Shown here: one piece after another, positions 41,180-55,711 of the stretch
Layout: each line of letters starts with the position of its first letter
Position numbering within the stretch: the first letter of the stretch is position 1
Assembly: GCA_951406725.2 (NCBI GenBank)
Contig: OX597815.1
Coordinates: 155,992,001-156,056,000 of the forward strand
Source of the DNA: Octopus vulgaris
Lineage: Eukaryota
Reading direction: 5' to 3'
Length of the DNA: 64,000 nt
The notes under the pieces: generated by a model
The model's input: only the letters and a program-made list of their open reading frames with translations
Databases searched by the model: none
What the model was told of the DNA's origin: nothing
Made by a program: the position numbers and the translations under genes

Positions 41180-41413
41180 TAGTGACCTGATCTGAGATCG
41201 TGTGCTGGAACGAAAACAATTGCAGCGTGGAAGCTGTTTATACGCCATTTAAGAAACACACAAAAACAGTTAGATTCACTTCAACATTTAAATTTAATTT
41301 CTCAAAAATATTTTCGTCGCTTTGAGACCGCGACCTGTTCACTGACAAAATTCCGTGTGCTTTTGTGCGTTTCTTAAATAGCGTATAAACACCTTCTACT
41401 CTGCAATTGTTTT
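41180..41413 (-). mobile_element. Short PLE terminus related to the palindromic element, with short inverted arm and G3-C8 hammerhead (41298-41349)
   Basis: Homologous to 33840-34015 (gatctgagatcgtgtgctggaacgaaaacaattgcagcgtgg...ttttcgtcgc...gcgacctgttcactgacaaa). Inverted copy at about 41359-41413. Confidence 0.85.
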
Positions 41414-41447
41414 ATTATATTATTTTATATATATATATATATGTGTG

Positions 41448-41497
<50 letters not shown>

Positions 41498-42079
41498 ATA
41501 TATATATATATATGTGTGTATATATATATATATATACACATACATACATATATGCATATATATATATATACATTTACATATACGTACACCCACATACGCA
41601 TATTTATACACATATATTTGTGTGTGTATATTTCCTTTCGTGATAAACTTCAGTAAAATGCCAGTATTATTCTTTCTCTTTCGATATCGATACAATTTTT
41701 AAGTTCACCACTATCTATATTTTAGTTGTTCTTTCGTTCCATTCAGAATTATTATTTCCTTTCTTTTATATATATTATTTTCATTTTGATCGTTTATATC
41801 CTAAAATTTTCACATTTACCATTTTAAACAAGTATTTAAATTTTATTTGTATTTTTCTTCATGTCGTCCTTCTATTCTCTCTGCGTTGATGCTGAAAATA
41901 GATTACACATCCTCGCATTTACTATCCTTCTTTGTGGATATGAAATTCGTAATGTCTGTGCATGTTGGAGGAAGACGGCAGACATCAAGAAGCCTTGTTT
42001 TATATAAGCATATTCTTTCAAATTGTGGATTTCAACGATCACTTGATCGAAATCAGTCTATCAACCGTGTCTGCCTGTA

Positions 42080-42134
<55 letters not shown>

Positions 42135-42138
42135 TATA

Positions 42139-42187
<49 letters not shown>

Positions 42188-42387
42188 ACATATGTATATA
42201 TATATATATGTGTATATATATACATATGTATATATATGTATATATATATATATATATATGTATGTATATGTATATATTTGTATAATTATCAATAATGAAG
42301 GGTGAAACTAATTAATTTAGAAATAATCATTAATTTCACCAAGTAGAGTTCGGCATGTAGAAGCCCCATTCAAAGAAGGTTTAAGTA

Positions 42388-42845
42388 ATACTAAGTAATT
42401 AAGGGTTTAGCAACGATTTGCCTCACCACACACCGAATTTAGAAATAGCAGTCAAAAAATTTTGGCTATTCTTTCTACTTAAAAGGGAGATCCCAGCAAA
42501 ACCACAGCACTTAAAAAGCAAACGACGCAGGCAAAAAAGAAAGAAATGGCGACAATCATTCTATATTAAGTCACCTACGGACGTACGTTTCGGAATTAAG
42601 TCATAGCAGAGCATAAAAATTAAATAATTATGTCTTACCTAACTATTTTCCTCTTCAGCGTAGGACTCTTCAATTATAAATAATTGCGTCTCAATTATTA
42701 ATAATTGTGTATTAAATTTGAAGGCATTAGAAGACATCACGATCTTGCTTTTAAGTAGAAAGAATAGCCAAAACTTTTTGACAGCTATTTCTAAATTCGG
42801 TGTGTGGTGAGGCAAATCGTTGCTAAACCCTTAATTACTTAGTAT
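42388..42845. mobile_element. Fold-back PLE terminus: about 100-bp inverted arms enclosing a hammerhead
   Basis: Arms about 42388-42491 (aagtaattaagggtttagcaacgatttgcctcaccacacaccgaatttagaaatagc...) and about 42741-42845 (near-exact reverse complement), in TA-rich microsatellite context. Confidence 0.85.
42574..42664 (-). ncRNA. Canonical type-I hammerhead ribozyme fold
   Basis: Minus strand: cctacg CTGAAGA ggaa...(long loop)...ttcc GAAA cgtacg TC cgtagg. 6-bp stem I, palindromic stem III, GUC triplet. Confidence 0.85.
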
Positions 42846-42901
42846 ATATTTGTATATATATATATGAATATATATATATGTATATACATACATACATACA
42901 T

Positions 42902-42944
<43 letters not shown>

Positions 42945-43489
42945 TATTATATATATAATGTCCACGACTATCTAGACAATAAGCCTATCCTTTTCCTTAA
43001 TGACATGATAACTATAGCAAGTTCTTTTAGATTCTCTCACTTCCTTATATGTAGCCGTTTGGTAATTGTCACACATCATTTAGAGGGGAAGATAATTTTA
43101 ATAAATCAAAAACTTATTTTGTATGGTATTTCATATACCTATGTGTGCGTGAGTATGTGTGTGTGCTTATTTAATGATTATTTCTACTTTCGAACATGCA
43201 TTCTGTTGTTATTCTGGTATTTGGGCAAAGCGATCTTTAACAGACTCCTTCCACAATTGAGGAATCTATCAACAAAGCTTGCTGTCACTACTAGAGAACC
43301 ATCACCGTGATGTAACAATTGCTGATCACTCAAGTGCACGAGGAATAGATGTTAGTGCTTTTCACGAAAAATATGAATATGGCTATGGAAAGATAGAACT
43401 AATATAGACCACCCCTCCACATACACATGTATACGCACACATACACACGCACACGTGTATGTGTGTGTATATATGCATGCATATATAAT

Positions 43490-43872
43490 ATGAGAGATAG
43501 AAAATGGAATTCCTGTAACACCTTATTCAGAACCACTACAATCGTTTCGACTCCTCATGCCCTCTTACCTTACAGATGAGATACTGAACAATCAACTATC
43601 ATGCATTGTAGGTGCAGACTCCTTGGGTGAACTATGGAGTGTGAGAATATGCTACTCTAACTAAAACGTATTGTTATAGAAATAACCGACACAACAAGTA
43701 TAATGCAAGGTTATACTTTTTGTAAATTCACCTGAGGAGATGCATCTGTACCTATTATGCATGACAATTGGGTGTACAGCATTTCATCAGTAAACTATGT
43801 ATGCATGATGAGACGAAGCGATTGCAGAAGTTCTGAATAAAGACTATATAGTATTCTATTTTCTATCTCTCA
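43490..43872. mobile_element. Old diverged fold-back with decayed hammerhead motifs, probable PLE terminus
   Basis: gagagatagaaaat...ttattcagaac...aatcgtttcgactc vs gagacgaagcgatt...gttctgaataa...attttctatctctc. The cacCTGAGGA motif is near 43730. Confidence 0.55.
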
Positions 43873-44739
43873 TTTTCCTATTTAACCTCTACGGACAAAA
43901 AGGAATACCTGAAGTGAATCCATGGCATACACCTCCATACTGCATATTGTTGTTTATATGAGGCAGCTAAATACTGTGGACGCGTTTTAAACATCGTACT
44001 ACGAGATGTATACTCGAATATAAACCTATATAACATTCACACAAGATGAGATTGAGATTTTATTGTCGTGTTGTCGATTTATTCGGCAATATTCCGACCA
44101 TGAAGCAGATGTTACTGGTTTACATAATTACGAACTGCAGATTATTTTTGATCTCATCTGATGTAACTTAATATAGATGTGTAATATACCTCATAGGCTT
44201 AGACACTCAGCGAAACGCCTGCAGCGCAGTTTAACACATCGCAACAGCCGAACCCGAAGTCTTGTCCACTCGGACACTTCGCTTCTGCTACAATAACAGT
44301 AATAATTTATACAATAATATATTATAACCCATTCAATATATCCATTAGCTATGAATAGAATAAGTTAGAGGAACTAAGAATATATAAAAATTCGATTGGA
44401 GAATAGTGTAGAGAGTAGGATGAATATTTTTGATGATACGCCACAGGAAACATTTTACAATAATCTATAAATATTACGGAAGTGCAATAATTAATAGATC
44501 AATAAAGCTATATGATTCAATATACATACATCCACGCGCAAATGTGAATGCATAAACACACTCAAATTTATAATGTGTGTGTATGTGTGTAAGTATGCAC
44601 ACACATATATGTATATGAGTAAATAAAAGTGTGTTTATAAATACGTCTGTGTACATACACGTGCATATTCAAGTCTATATACACCCCTGCATAGATATAT
44701 GTGCATATGCATCTGTATATATACCTGTATATATATATA

Positions 44740-44816
<77 letters not shown>

Positions 44817-46387
44817 ATGGGACTGTCCAGTAAATATTTCCAATCTCCAAAATACAATTAACTCGGAAATTTATGATTATATCAATCACTTATATCAAAA
44901 ATATCGTTATATATTTTAGACATTAAAATATTTTTTAGCACATTATTGATATAATCCACTGACTTTATGACAATTTCAATATACACTCATAACATTTATA
45001 TATATATGAAATGACGAAAATGCCTGTGTGTTCATCGTTTATTGAGTGATCAAGCCAATAATGGTTTTAACTTGTTCTATTTTGGTTTAATTTCTTCGTC
45101 ACTCATCCTTTTCTAAATAACTGTTTTCGGAGATTACTTGAGTTCTAATTTCGCCGAGGTCCACTTTGCCTTTCATCCTTTCGGGGTCGGTGAAATAAGT
45201 ACTAGTAGAATACTAGGGTCGATGTTATCAATTAACCTCATCATCCAAAAATGGAAAATTCCAAGCCTTTTGCTTATAGTTAAAAGAATTTTTTTAGAAA
45301 TTCTAAACTCGGCTAACGACGAACATGCCAGTTGTTGGTTTCAATCAAATTAGCCATGATTGAGCAGTTTTATGCCAACATAATAGCTGCAGTTACCGCC
45401 CTGTTCTATTTTTAAATGTAACGTGGAACCAATGATCTAACGTGTTCTTTCTTTGTTCAAGATAGTAAGGTGTGATTTGAGAGAAATTTTAGAGCTAATT
45501 TTCGACAGTCGTGTGATTACATACAGGCTAACTTAGTGCAAAGTCGTTAGTGAATAAATATCATTGATGACAGAGCAGTGTGCAACTGTTGGAATGTGAA
45601 CTGTGTCCAACACAATATTGATGTAGTTCTCTCTAGCAATTATAATACAGTCGTTGCTATCTATTTATTACATGTATGTCTGTGAGTTACTGTTAATTTA
45701 TATCTGAAGATCATTAGGCATGTTAAAATTTGGCAGCAGCTACTCTTATGGTACACCATTGTCTATTTTAACTGATTCAGTTGGTTGTGACCCAAATAAT
45801 CTTGATAATATCGCAAATGCATTTTTAATGTTTTTGATACATTCCTTGCATTCATATACTAATAATCTCTATATTTTTCATGTCAGTGATTTATATTCTT
45901 AAGACTTATCTTTGAAAATATTATTTTATCTACTTGTCTTCTACAATAATTTTTTTATTTATAATTTTATACATATTGGGTATTGGATTCTGAACGATTA
46001 TTTATTCTTTATTTTATTCTTCACGTTAATTTATTTTTGTTTTGCGTATTTCCCTGATACTTAAGGGAAATATTTCGACCTGTTATATTTCCATAACTTT
46101 ATCTGACGAAATGGTTTTGTAAATATATAATTTTGTAAATATAAAATTATAGAAATTATAAAAAACGATTGTAATATCAATATTTTGGTTTCTGTTACTA
46201 TTTTTATTTTATGGGATTCTCTACCTTCGTTATAGCCTAATTTCAAAAATAGACAGGTTCTTGTATTGTTTAGTGTGCAAGATCGGAATATATCGGTTTA
46301 AGATGAATTGGGTATTGATCACTATTTCTCATGTGTCATACATTTGAAGCACATCAACAACTGCGCGTGTCTGTCTGTCTGTATGTC

Positions 46388-46437
<50 letters not shown>

Positions 46438-47629
46438 CACGTTAGTATCGAACAAGGAGAATGTATGCGCAATATTGTACTGGTGGATAAAAATTCTGTA
46501 TTTATAGGTTAAGGCTACCGTTCGTTTCATGTTAAGAGAGAAATTCCTTCACAATTATCAAACTTGCCTTATGGAACATCGCTGTTCGTCTCCATATCTA
46601 TATAAATATTTACCATTCATTACTCTAAGATACTGATACCATAGATAGTAAAATCGATTGAGAGTCAGTTAGGATTTTGTATAATTTAGCTTTTCACTAA
46701 AAAAATTTATTTGGGTCGAGCTCCATAGAGATAAAATTATGAGAAGGAATGACGTAAGAAAATATTTAATACAACATATAGGAAGATGGCCCAACAAGAG
46801 TGAAGTTGAGTTAATCTAGTGGAGTCTAGTGTGAACGATACGGGGTTATCACATCGATAGCCGTAGACTACATTCTGGACAGAGTTAAAAGTGGAGACAT
46901 CGCTCAATCCTACATGAAATATCGTAGCGCTACTGATAACGGTATCCTTGCACAGCCATATCTTTTCAACAGCGCACAACTTCCTTTAGTCTACAGACGC
47001 ACCATTTTATCTCTATTCATACACTCCTAAAGTAAGGGAGGTGCTTCTTGTCGTCCGAAGCTGCATATGACGTATCACCACTGTCAAAGTTCATTCAAAA
47101 CACGTGTGTCATCAGCATTCGTGATCTCTACACTCGGTTTTACAACGATAGCCATCTACTAAATGTGTTTTCCTAATTCCTCTCTGAAATCCTGTCATAT
47201 TTTCTCAGAGACGTCATTCTACTTTAGTTCACGTTGACCTTCATAGTAAAGTATTCAACCCGCGTGGGTACGGATACCACACCCTTTTCATCTACAATAT
47301 AATACTTATTTGCCAATGAGGAAAATTCTTCTTCATCACAGTTCATACACTCTACAGTGTTAATAAATGACAGGCACACTGGGCAATGTCATGGGCATGT
47401 AAAAGAGAGAGTGGTCAAGCTGGAAGTACTTTTCATCATAGACCTGTCTGCTCAAACAAGGTTAATTTGGGGCTGAACAACAAGCATAAAACGTATTTAG
47501 TTTAGCCTCTCCCCTTTATCTATACATTTATACTGTCTCAACCATCTGACATGAAACTACGGTCTATTAATCAGGAAACCAATAAAGTAGAAAGTGATTT
47601 TATCGATCGATTAATATATGATGCAGTTC

Positions 47630-47812
47630 ATACATAGGGTAGCTTGTAAAATATTATAAGAGAGTAGCTTTTATAATTATATAAATACGGCAGCTTGTGC
47701 AATTATAGAAAAGGGAAGCTTTTAATGAAGCAATTTGCATAATTATATAGTGCGGCCTGTATCCATATTTAAGTATGGCAGCTAGATTGTATCATTATGT
47801 AAACAGGGTAGT

Positions 47813-47870
<58 letters not shown>

Positions 47871-49640
47871 GTGTGTATAATGCGTATTGACTTCTGTAAT
47901 TATATAAACTAAGAGAAACACCGACCTCAGGCAAATTTTCTTTTAATTTTATGTAATATACGATCTCGTCTTCTGTTTCTGTATAAAGATATATAAATAC
48001 ATTCTCAAATGCGTGGGTTTTTTGCCAAATTTAAAACGGTAAGTCGTAATCATGATTTGAGGAAAATCTGGCTACTATGTTTTGCTAGTCCAGTGACCGC
48101 ACATACACGTTATGTCATTGGCTCCGCGTACACTTGCCTGTTGTTGCTTAACTCTGGATTGAACCGGTTAAAAATAGTTTTTCCATCATCACTCGGTCAT
48201 CACTAATCAACAGAAGCACCATTTCTTGTTTGTGCTACTTCAGCCATATGAGAACAGCGACTGGTCAAGTAAAGGAGCAAACTTCATGTAAGCCGACAAC
48301 TAGATTGTTCAATATATCCTTCATTTAAGGTAACAGTTTGTGATGCATCGTCGATGTGGTTACTATTTCCAGCAAGTCGGCAAGTAATATAAACGCTCCT
48401 TAGTTGAAATTCTGGACTGGCCAATATACATCAACATATTGTTAGACAGTGACACAAGCACAAAACATTTCTCCCTTTGTCTCTTTCCCCACCTTTCTTC
48501 CTTGATTTGTTTCACTACTTCAGAAAAAATGGTTGATGAAAATGGCGGTTCGAGGTACGATTTACTTAGAGGGGAGGTAATGAGTGGTAGAGAAGGATTG
48601 CTATTATTTCAGTTACACATAATGCATGAGCTCCATATTAATAAGAAGAGCGTGCATAACTTGTATAATTAAACTGGGTATATTGCATAATTATATAAAT
48701 AATCTAGCTGTGTAATTATACACGCAATACAGTTTATATAATTATATAAATATAATAGCTTCAATAATTACAGAAATAGTGTAGCTTCTATAATTATATA
48801 GAGAAGTGATGCTGTATTTCACGGTTTGGTTCAGTCGATCGCAGCTGACATATCTGTGTGTCTGTCTGTCTGTCTCTCTTTCTCTCTTACGCTTTTCTTT
48901 CATTCCTTCTGAAAGTAGGTTGGTGTACAACACTGTATGAGTTATGAGCTACTTTTGTTTCATTATTTTAGAGAATTACTTCAGAGAAATGTTAAGTGTA
49001 AGAAGCGGTGCAAGATATGGGATATTAAGAAAGTTGTGATATACGGTGAGAGCAAGGGCTGCCAGTCTTTTAGTTACACATGCATAAATAGTTTCATAAG
49101 GCCCATTTTAATTAGGATAGAAAAGATCGTATAATTACATAAATAGGATACCTTATATAATTACACAAATGGGAACCACTCCGTCGGTTACGACGATGAG
49201 GGTTCCGGTTGATCCGAATCAACGGAACAGCCTGCTCGTGAAATTAACGTGTAAGTGGCTGAGCACTCCACAGACACGTGCACCCTTAACGTAGTTCTCG
49301 GGGATATTCAGCGTGACACAGAGAGTGACAAGGCCGGCCCCTTGAAATACAGGTACAACAGAAACAGGAAGTAAGAGTGAGAGAAAGTTGTGGTGAAAGA
49401 GTACAGCAGGGATCACCACCATCCCCTGCCGGAGCCTCGTGGAGGTTTTAGGTGTTTTCGCTCAATAAACACTCACAACGCCCGGTCTGGAAATCGAAAC
49501 CGCGATCCTATGACCGCGAGTCCGCTGCCCTAACCACTGGGCCATTGCGCCTCCAATTACACAAATAGTGTAGCTATGTAAGTATGCAAGTAGTATGGCT
49601 TATCTAATCACACACGTATATTAACTTCTACAATTATTTG
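47630..49640. repeat. Patchy decayed minisatellite of about 24-26 bp (ataattatataaatagggtagcttgt-like)
   Basis: Units at 47630-47815, 48650-48805, 49130-49170 and 49555-49600. Confidence 0.5.
49171..49554 (-). mobile_element. tRNA-derived SINE family B with 12-bp TSD
   Basis: Minus-strand head ggaggcgcaatggcccagtggttagggcagcggactcgcggtcataggatcgcggtttcgatt. TSD aattacacaaat at 49159-49170 and 49555-49566. Confidence 0.9.
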
Positions 49641-49884
49641 AATAGAACCACTTCTAAAAATATATAAATTGTGTAATGAGACGGCAATATAGCGTTTGGC
49701 ACAGTTGGCCGTTTGTGATGCATGTTTTGCAGTTGCCGAGATAGGTAACTTGTAGTAAGAATACATGAACTGTGTCCGGTTGAACGAAACCTTGACATGC
49801 CGTAACAAGGGTTTCTATAATAGGTTCTACAATCATAGAGAGTGGATAACTTCTACAAAATTATCGAAATACTTTACTTTTTTT

Positions 49885-50284
49885 TTTTTTACTTTTTTAC
49901 TTGTTTCAGTCATTTGACTGCGGCCATGCTGGAGCACCGCCTTTAGTCAAGCAATTCGAGCCCCAGGACTTATTCTTTGTAAGCCCAGTACTTATTCTAT
50001 CGGTCTCTTTTGCCGAACCGCTAAGTGACGGGGACGTAAACACACCAGCATCGGTTGTCAAGCAATGCTAGGGGGACAAACATACACTCACACATACATA
50101 TATATATATATATACATACATATATACGACGGGCTTCTTTCAGTTTCCGTCTACCAAATCCACTCACAAGGCTTTGGTTGGCCCGAGGCTATAGTAGAAG
50201 ACACTTGCCCAAGATGCCACGCAGTGGGACTGAACCCGGAACCATGTGGTTGGTTAGCAAGCTACTTACCACACAGCCACTCCT
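49885..50284 (-). mobile_element. SINE family A, full length
   Basis: Near-identical to 59925-60337. Confidence 0.9.
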
Positions 50285-51357
50285 GAAACGAGGTAACTCC
50301 TATAATCCAATAATTCGCTATGGAATGGAAGCTGAGCCGTGTGCTAGGTGTTGCTCAATAAATAGTAAACGACATCCGTTTTGTTTATCACCACATCAAA
50401 ATGGCTGTTCTGTAGGAATCGACGTTACTACCGTTTTTAACCCCAGGAGGAGCCTCCTCCAGCTAGTTCTCGATGCAATCTGCACCCGATGTATATTGCA
50501 TATAGGGGAGGGAACCCCTACCATCTTATAGCAGATGACGAGATTAACAGACTGTACGGTTTCGGGTTATATGTGCCCATCGTCAGTGGTGAATATCCGT
50601 CCGCTAGAGATAGCAGTAGTTCGCTCCAGTTCGCAATACATAGAAAACTAAGCGACAATCAGTTACTGATCCCGCAACAAAGTAGGTAGTGAGAAAGTCT
50701 TTTTAATACATTCAGTGGTTAGTGTACTACGTACGTGTTTCAAAAATACGTGTATCTAAATTATTATATCGTTTAAGTAGCATATAGCATGAGTAGAGGA
50801 AATGTTTAACTTGTTACAGCAATTATGAGGATCCATTTTTAAAGGATAACGAACATACTTACATTGCGATTATTTATTCCATATGGATTCAAGAGTGGTT
50901 GGTAGTATTTAGAAATTGAGGTTGTCTAAATCTAAATACTATCCTCGACTTAGTACTGTGTGTGTACATTTATTCTTATTATCATAGTTTGATTTGGCAG
51001 TCACTGTTTCAGACACTGTTTCTGTGTAAAGTAACAAAGTGTTTAAAACGTATTCGCGCAGATTGTCATAGAATGAGTATATATACAGATATAAATATAT
51101 GTATGTGTGTGCTGTTGAATAAACAGGGAAATAAATCTCGCTATATGAATGGTTAACAAAGAGAGAGAGGGAGGGAGAGAGAGAGAGAGAGGGGGAGGTA
51201 GAGAGAGAGGGGGAAGGAGGAGAGAGAGAGATAATTTTAAGTCTGATACAGTCACAATATTTGGATAAAATATTTTCTTCAAATTTGGTAACAAAATGTC
51301 TGTAAAGATCTTTTTAGATGAATATTAATGTAAGAAAATTAGTCTTCACTAATCTGC

Positions 51358-51395
<38 letters not shown>

Positions 51396-54061
51396 GAGAG
51401 AGAGAGAGAGTGAGAGAGAGAGAGTGTGTGTGTAGGGTGGTGGGTGAGTGAGTGTGTGTAACACGTAGAGCTACTTCTACATCATGGTTTTGTATTATTG
51501 CCCAGGAAATTGAACAAGACAGACCGCCACGGACTCTCCTGTTGAAACAAAAGCGAAGATGGCGGTGTGTCAAGCGATATGTAGCATCACCGGCGCTCGT
51601 CTTGCTTTGTAAAAGTTTAGGAAAAAATTCATACTTTGTGTACATTACTTGCATTATTCTTTTCACGGTTGGTGTGGGTAGGTTCATGATGTTATCTTTC
51701 TCAAAAAGAAATTACACCGCTTTGAACTAATATTGCCTGAGGTGAATCTGTGCAAGATAGGCATGCAATGTCGATAAATTCACCATTTGCCAAGTATCTT
51801 TAACAGTGATGTGATGCTTTGTGACTACGTATGAAAGAGCACGGCTCTTAAACAAGTTTTCTGCTAAACCGATATGAGACAGTGTGTTATCATTATTTAG
51901 AGTTGTCATGGCGCGATAGAAGATGTTGCTATCTATGTAGTGATTATCCAAGCGTCATAACTCAGTGTGTCGACTGTCACAGCGTTGCTTTATATCGTTT
52001 GGAGGATTATGAGTTTGTGCAACAAACTTATTATTATTTTTATTATTTCATAAAAGAGATTCTAGAACAACTGGCTGTTCTATACATCATTTTGAATAAT
52101 ATCTAAAACATGCTACCTTAGCAGAAATATGTTGAAGAGAGAAAATAATTATTTTTGCCACGAAGGATTGTTGGATTGCATCGAATCGTATTCCTCTTGT
52201 TGGGACCTGTTTTGTTATTTGTTGTGAATTATATGATAATATATTTTAGAAATCTTAGCAGAAAGATCGCCTTCCAGAAGGTTATTATGCTAGTTGCTAA
52301 ATGATATTTACATATTTTATTTTCAATTTGTGCAACTTTTCTGATATCATAGGTCTAAGTTCCATTTTATTGTCTCGTAGAGCTCATTGATTCAGTAAGT
52401 TTAGGACATAACTACACAAATATGCCCCACCGTCTTTATTTCGCTAAAACTTTCTGAAATGTGGATATTTATCAATGAAAGTTTCTACAGACAAGTTTAA
52501 GATGGTGTAGATTATGATTACATTGAAGTTTGGAGTGAAAACCTTCTTTTGGAAAGCAGTTTCGGATAATTCACACGCATCAATTTTGTTTCCGCATTGC
52601 TTTCAGAAAAAATGATTTTTTTTTTCAATGGAATTTTCTACAAATGAGTTTTAGATCGTTTAGTTTACGATTATATACGAAAAGTGAAATTGGCGAGATG
52701 GATATTTCATGCATATCGACTTTGTTGCCTCATAAGTTTTGAAGATGTAGATCACGATTATGTTGAAAAATATCTTTGAGACTGACGTGATGTCTACAAT
52801 TTCTATCTTACTAAACGATCACGTAGAGGACAGATGACTTTTGAGTTTGTGTAAAAGGGAAAGACTACGATTGTAATAAAGTAAAGAAAGAAATATACAT
52901 TCAATAATCAGTGCTAGCATTCTATTCGCCTTTCAACAAAAACTTCATTCAGTGAAGTTTCGAGTACTTGCCTACTTGACCAGGAGTGTATGATAATCTC
53001 CGCTGGCTGTGAAGTAGAAGTCACAACAGCGTTTCAAGGAAACCTAACTGAAAAGAAAAATTACATCAGAGAAGGGGATTTCAAAACAGGTTATGCAAAT
53101 CATCTGTCTTCTTTCCAGTACATTGACAAAAGTAAAGTCACAAAGTAGGCTAGCAACTGCAAACCACTTACAATCAAGTAGTGAATCACTGAGAAATCCA
53201 TACAATATATAAATGGATCTAAGAAATGCAACCTATGCGTAGCTGAAAGATCGCACTCTCATTTTAGATTTTAGAACTTCACCGCACTAACTACAAATCC
53301 GAAATTTGTAGCAAATGCAAACATTTGGACAAATTTCCTTTGTTCAACTGGAGGACACTACCCTCTTGGTATTGAACAGCTGTCTCGCAGATTCTGTATC
53401 TCCCTCTGTTGAATTATTCTATAACTGTTCTATTTCTGGCTTTTACAATCAAAGAGAGCATAACTATTTTTCTTTTCTTTTCCCGTTTTTATTTCTTCTA
53501 ATTATTTCATCAAACTTCCCGCTTTTTTTCTCGTGATTTTCTCGTGATTTCTTATGTACCACTTTGAAATAGAACAAACCTCAGAGACTTCCTAGTCTAA
53601 ATGAGTTTCTATAACACGTCTTGTATTATAAAAACTTGTCTAGACATATGTCTCGAAAGTAAGAAACAATTAGTAGCTGGTATCTTTATACAGTGTACAT
53701 TAAATAACGCACACACACATATTTATTGAGAGAGGGAAGAAAGAGAAAGAAGAAAGAGAGGGAAGAAAGGGAAAAACAGGATGACACATGCAATTATATA
53801 AATGGGGAAGCATTTATAATTCTACATGTAGGTAATAATAGAGCTTGCGAATGATGATTGATTAGAGTGAATGCTTCTGGTTATTCACAGTAATAATTAA
53901 ACTTATAAGCAGTCTTTTCAGTCATGAATTATTTCCATTTGCATAATTTAGTCGAGCGTAAAGTTTGCGAGCGACGGATTTTACAATAAGCCCCCTTCAC
54001 GCACAAGTTTAATATACTGATGAATGTTGGAATTTAGCGAAGAGTTATAACAGAATCCAAT

Positions 54062-54095
<34 letters not shown>

Positions 54096-54102
54096 CTATA
54101 TA

Positions 54103-54139
<37 letters not shown>

Positions 54140-55358
54140 CTATATACATTATTATATAGTTATTATATATATATGTATATATATATATATGTGTGTGTAA
54201 TCAGATCACATTGTAAGGACAAAATAATTTTTTAAAGTACATTAAATATGTATCCAATTTGAAAATATGGTATCAATATATTCGCCTAATTTCAAATAAA
54301 AAAATAGTTTTTACTCAGATTCTTTTTTCTACTGGTTTCAACATCAACTGTTGTAACTCGAAGATTATTAATTGATTTTTCTAACTTCATGAAATCCTTT
54401 TTTAATGATTTGAAGCACGAAATAAAACAAACGTAGTCAAAGATGAGGTCATTTTTCAAAAATATAAACACGTTAACCACAAGAGACACATTCAAGTCAA
54501 GTTAGAAATAAGGCCATTATGACATTACAAAGTAGAGAATTTACAGCAGTTCACCCAAACCTATCTGCTTTACTTCGAGAGCAAAAGGAGGGAAAAGACA
54601 TTCAAACGCATCATTTAAAGTAAAATGAAAGCAGGGTGTTTTAAAAAGATAGTTAGCAACTAACTAAAGATATAAAAGTCAGTAAAATGTAACTACCTAA
54701 GCTATGAACTATATAGATTTTTATTACAAAGTTCGGAATTCTATTTCTAAGAAGCTTTTTTCAAAATTGAAAGTAAATGCTTGTGTTCTCCACAATGTTA
54801 ATATATATTTTGAAATGCAAAAGCTGGTTTCCAAGAATGCTATACTGTACTGCATACTATCGTGACAATGCGCTGTCAGTATATTAAACTGCCAAACACA
54901 ATTAAATTCCACCGATCCAACATAAAGATAACTTGCTGTATTTTATTACTCTCTTTAAAAGTGCAGCGTTATGGCAACGGAAGAATAAGAAAAAAATCAA
55001 TCTGCAAATATCGTCTGGAATCAGATGCAATGTATATTAATCCATGTAACTTTCTTGCATCCCTTGAATGACTAAATTACTAAGTTGTGCACGTTGAAAT
55101 AACTTAAATACGTCACATGTTACTACCGTGTTTACATTCACAACAACTCGTCTATTAATGTTATGGTAAAAATCTCGGACAAGTTTTGTCTTATAGTGAT
55201 TTTTACGATTTCTTGTTATTTGAAAGCAAATTATTTAAGGATTATGCAGATAATGAATTAGAAGTGAAACCGGTCGGAAGAAGTCTATGGGAGAATCGTT
55301 GCTAACATTATGTTTTTTAATAATGTAATACTGCGAAAATAGATAAAACTGAAACAGT

Positions 55359-55405
55359 ATTTTGGAATTTTTATATTTTTACCCTGTGTCTCGCATCACT
55401 TCTCA

Positions 55406-55461
<56 letters not shown>

Positions 55462-55711
55462 GGAGCTTCTACAGGACTAGAACTGTTTCATTCAAGAGAA
55501 ATCTTCAGGAAGCTTCCTGAAGATTTCTCTTGAATGAAACAGTTCTAGTCCTGTAGAAGCTCCTTCTATATAATAAATTAATTTTACTCTGCTATGTATT
55601 GAGTACCTTATTTACTGTGGTTAACCCCGAATCAACCCGGGACCTACATATATATATATATCGTGAGAAGTGGTGAGAGACATAGGGTAAAAATACAAAA
55701 ATTCCAAAATA
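55359..55711. repeat. Outer inverted repeat enclosing the 120-bp palindrome
   Basis: ttttggaatttttatatttttaccctgtgtctcgcatcacttctcacgata (about 55359-55410) vs tatcgtgagaagtggtgagagacatagggtaaaaatacaaaaattccaaaa (about 55659-55711). Confidence 0.8.
55453..55572. repeat. Perfect 120-bp palindrome encoding a hammerhead fold on both strands
   Basis: Axis 55512/55513 (ggaag|cttcc). Plus strand: agcttc CTGAAGA tttctcttgaat GAAA cag..ctg TA gaagct (55511-55561). Confidence 0.88.

Noticed and set aside
49480-49554. tRNA gene
   Set aside because: tRNA-like head of a SINE, continuous with the SINE body and bounded by a TSD.
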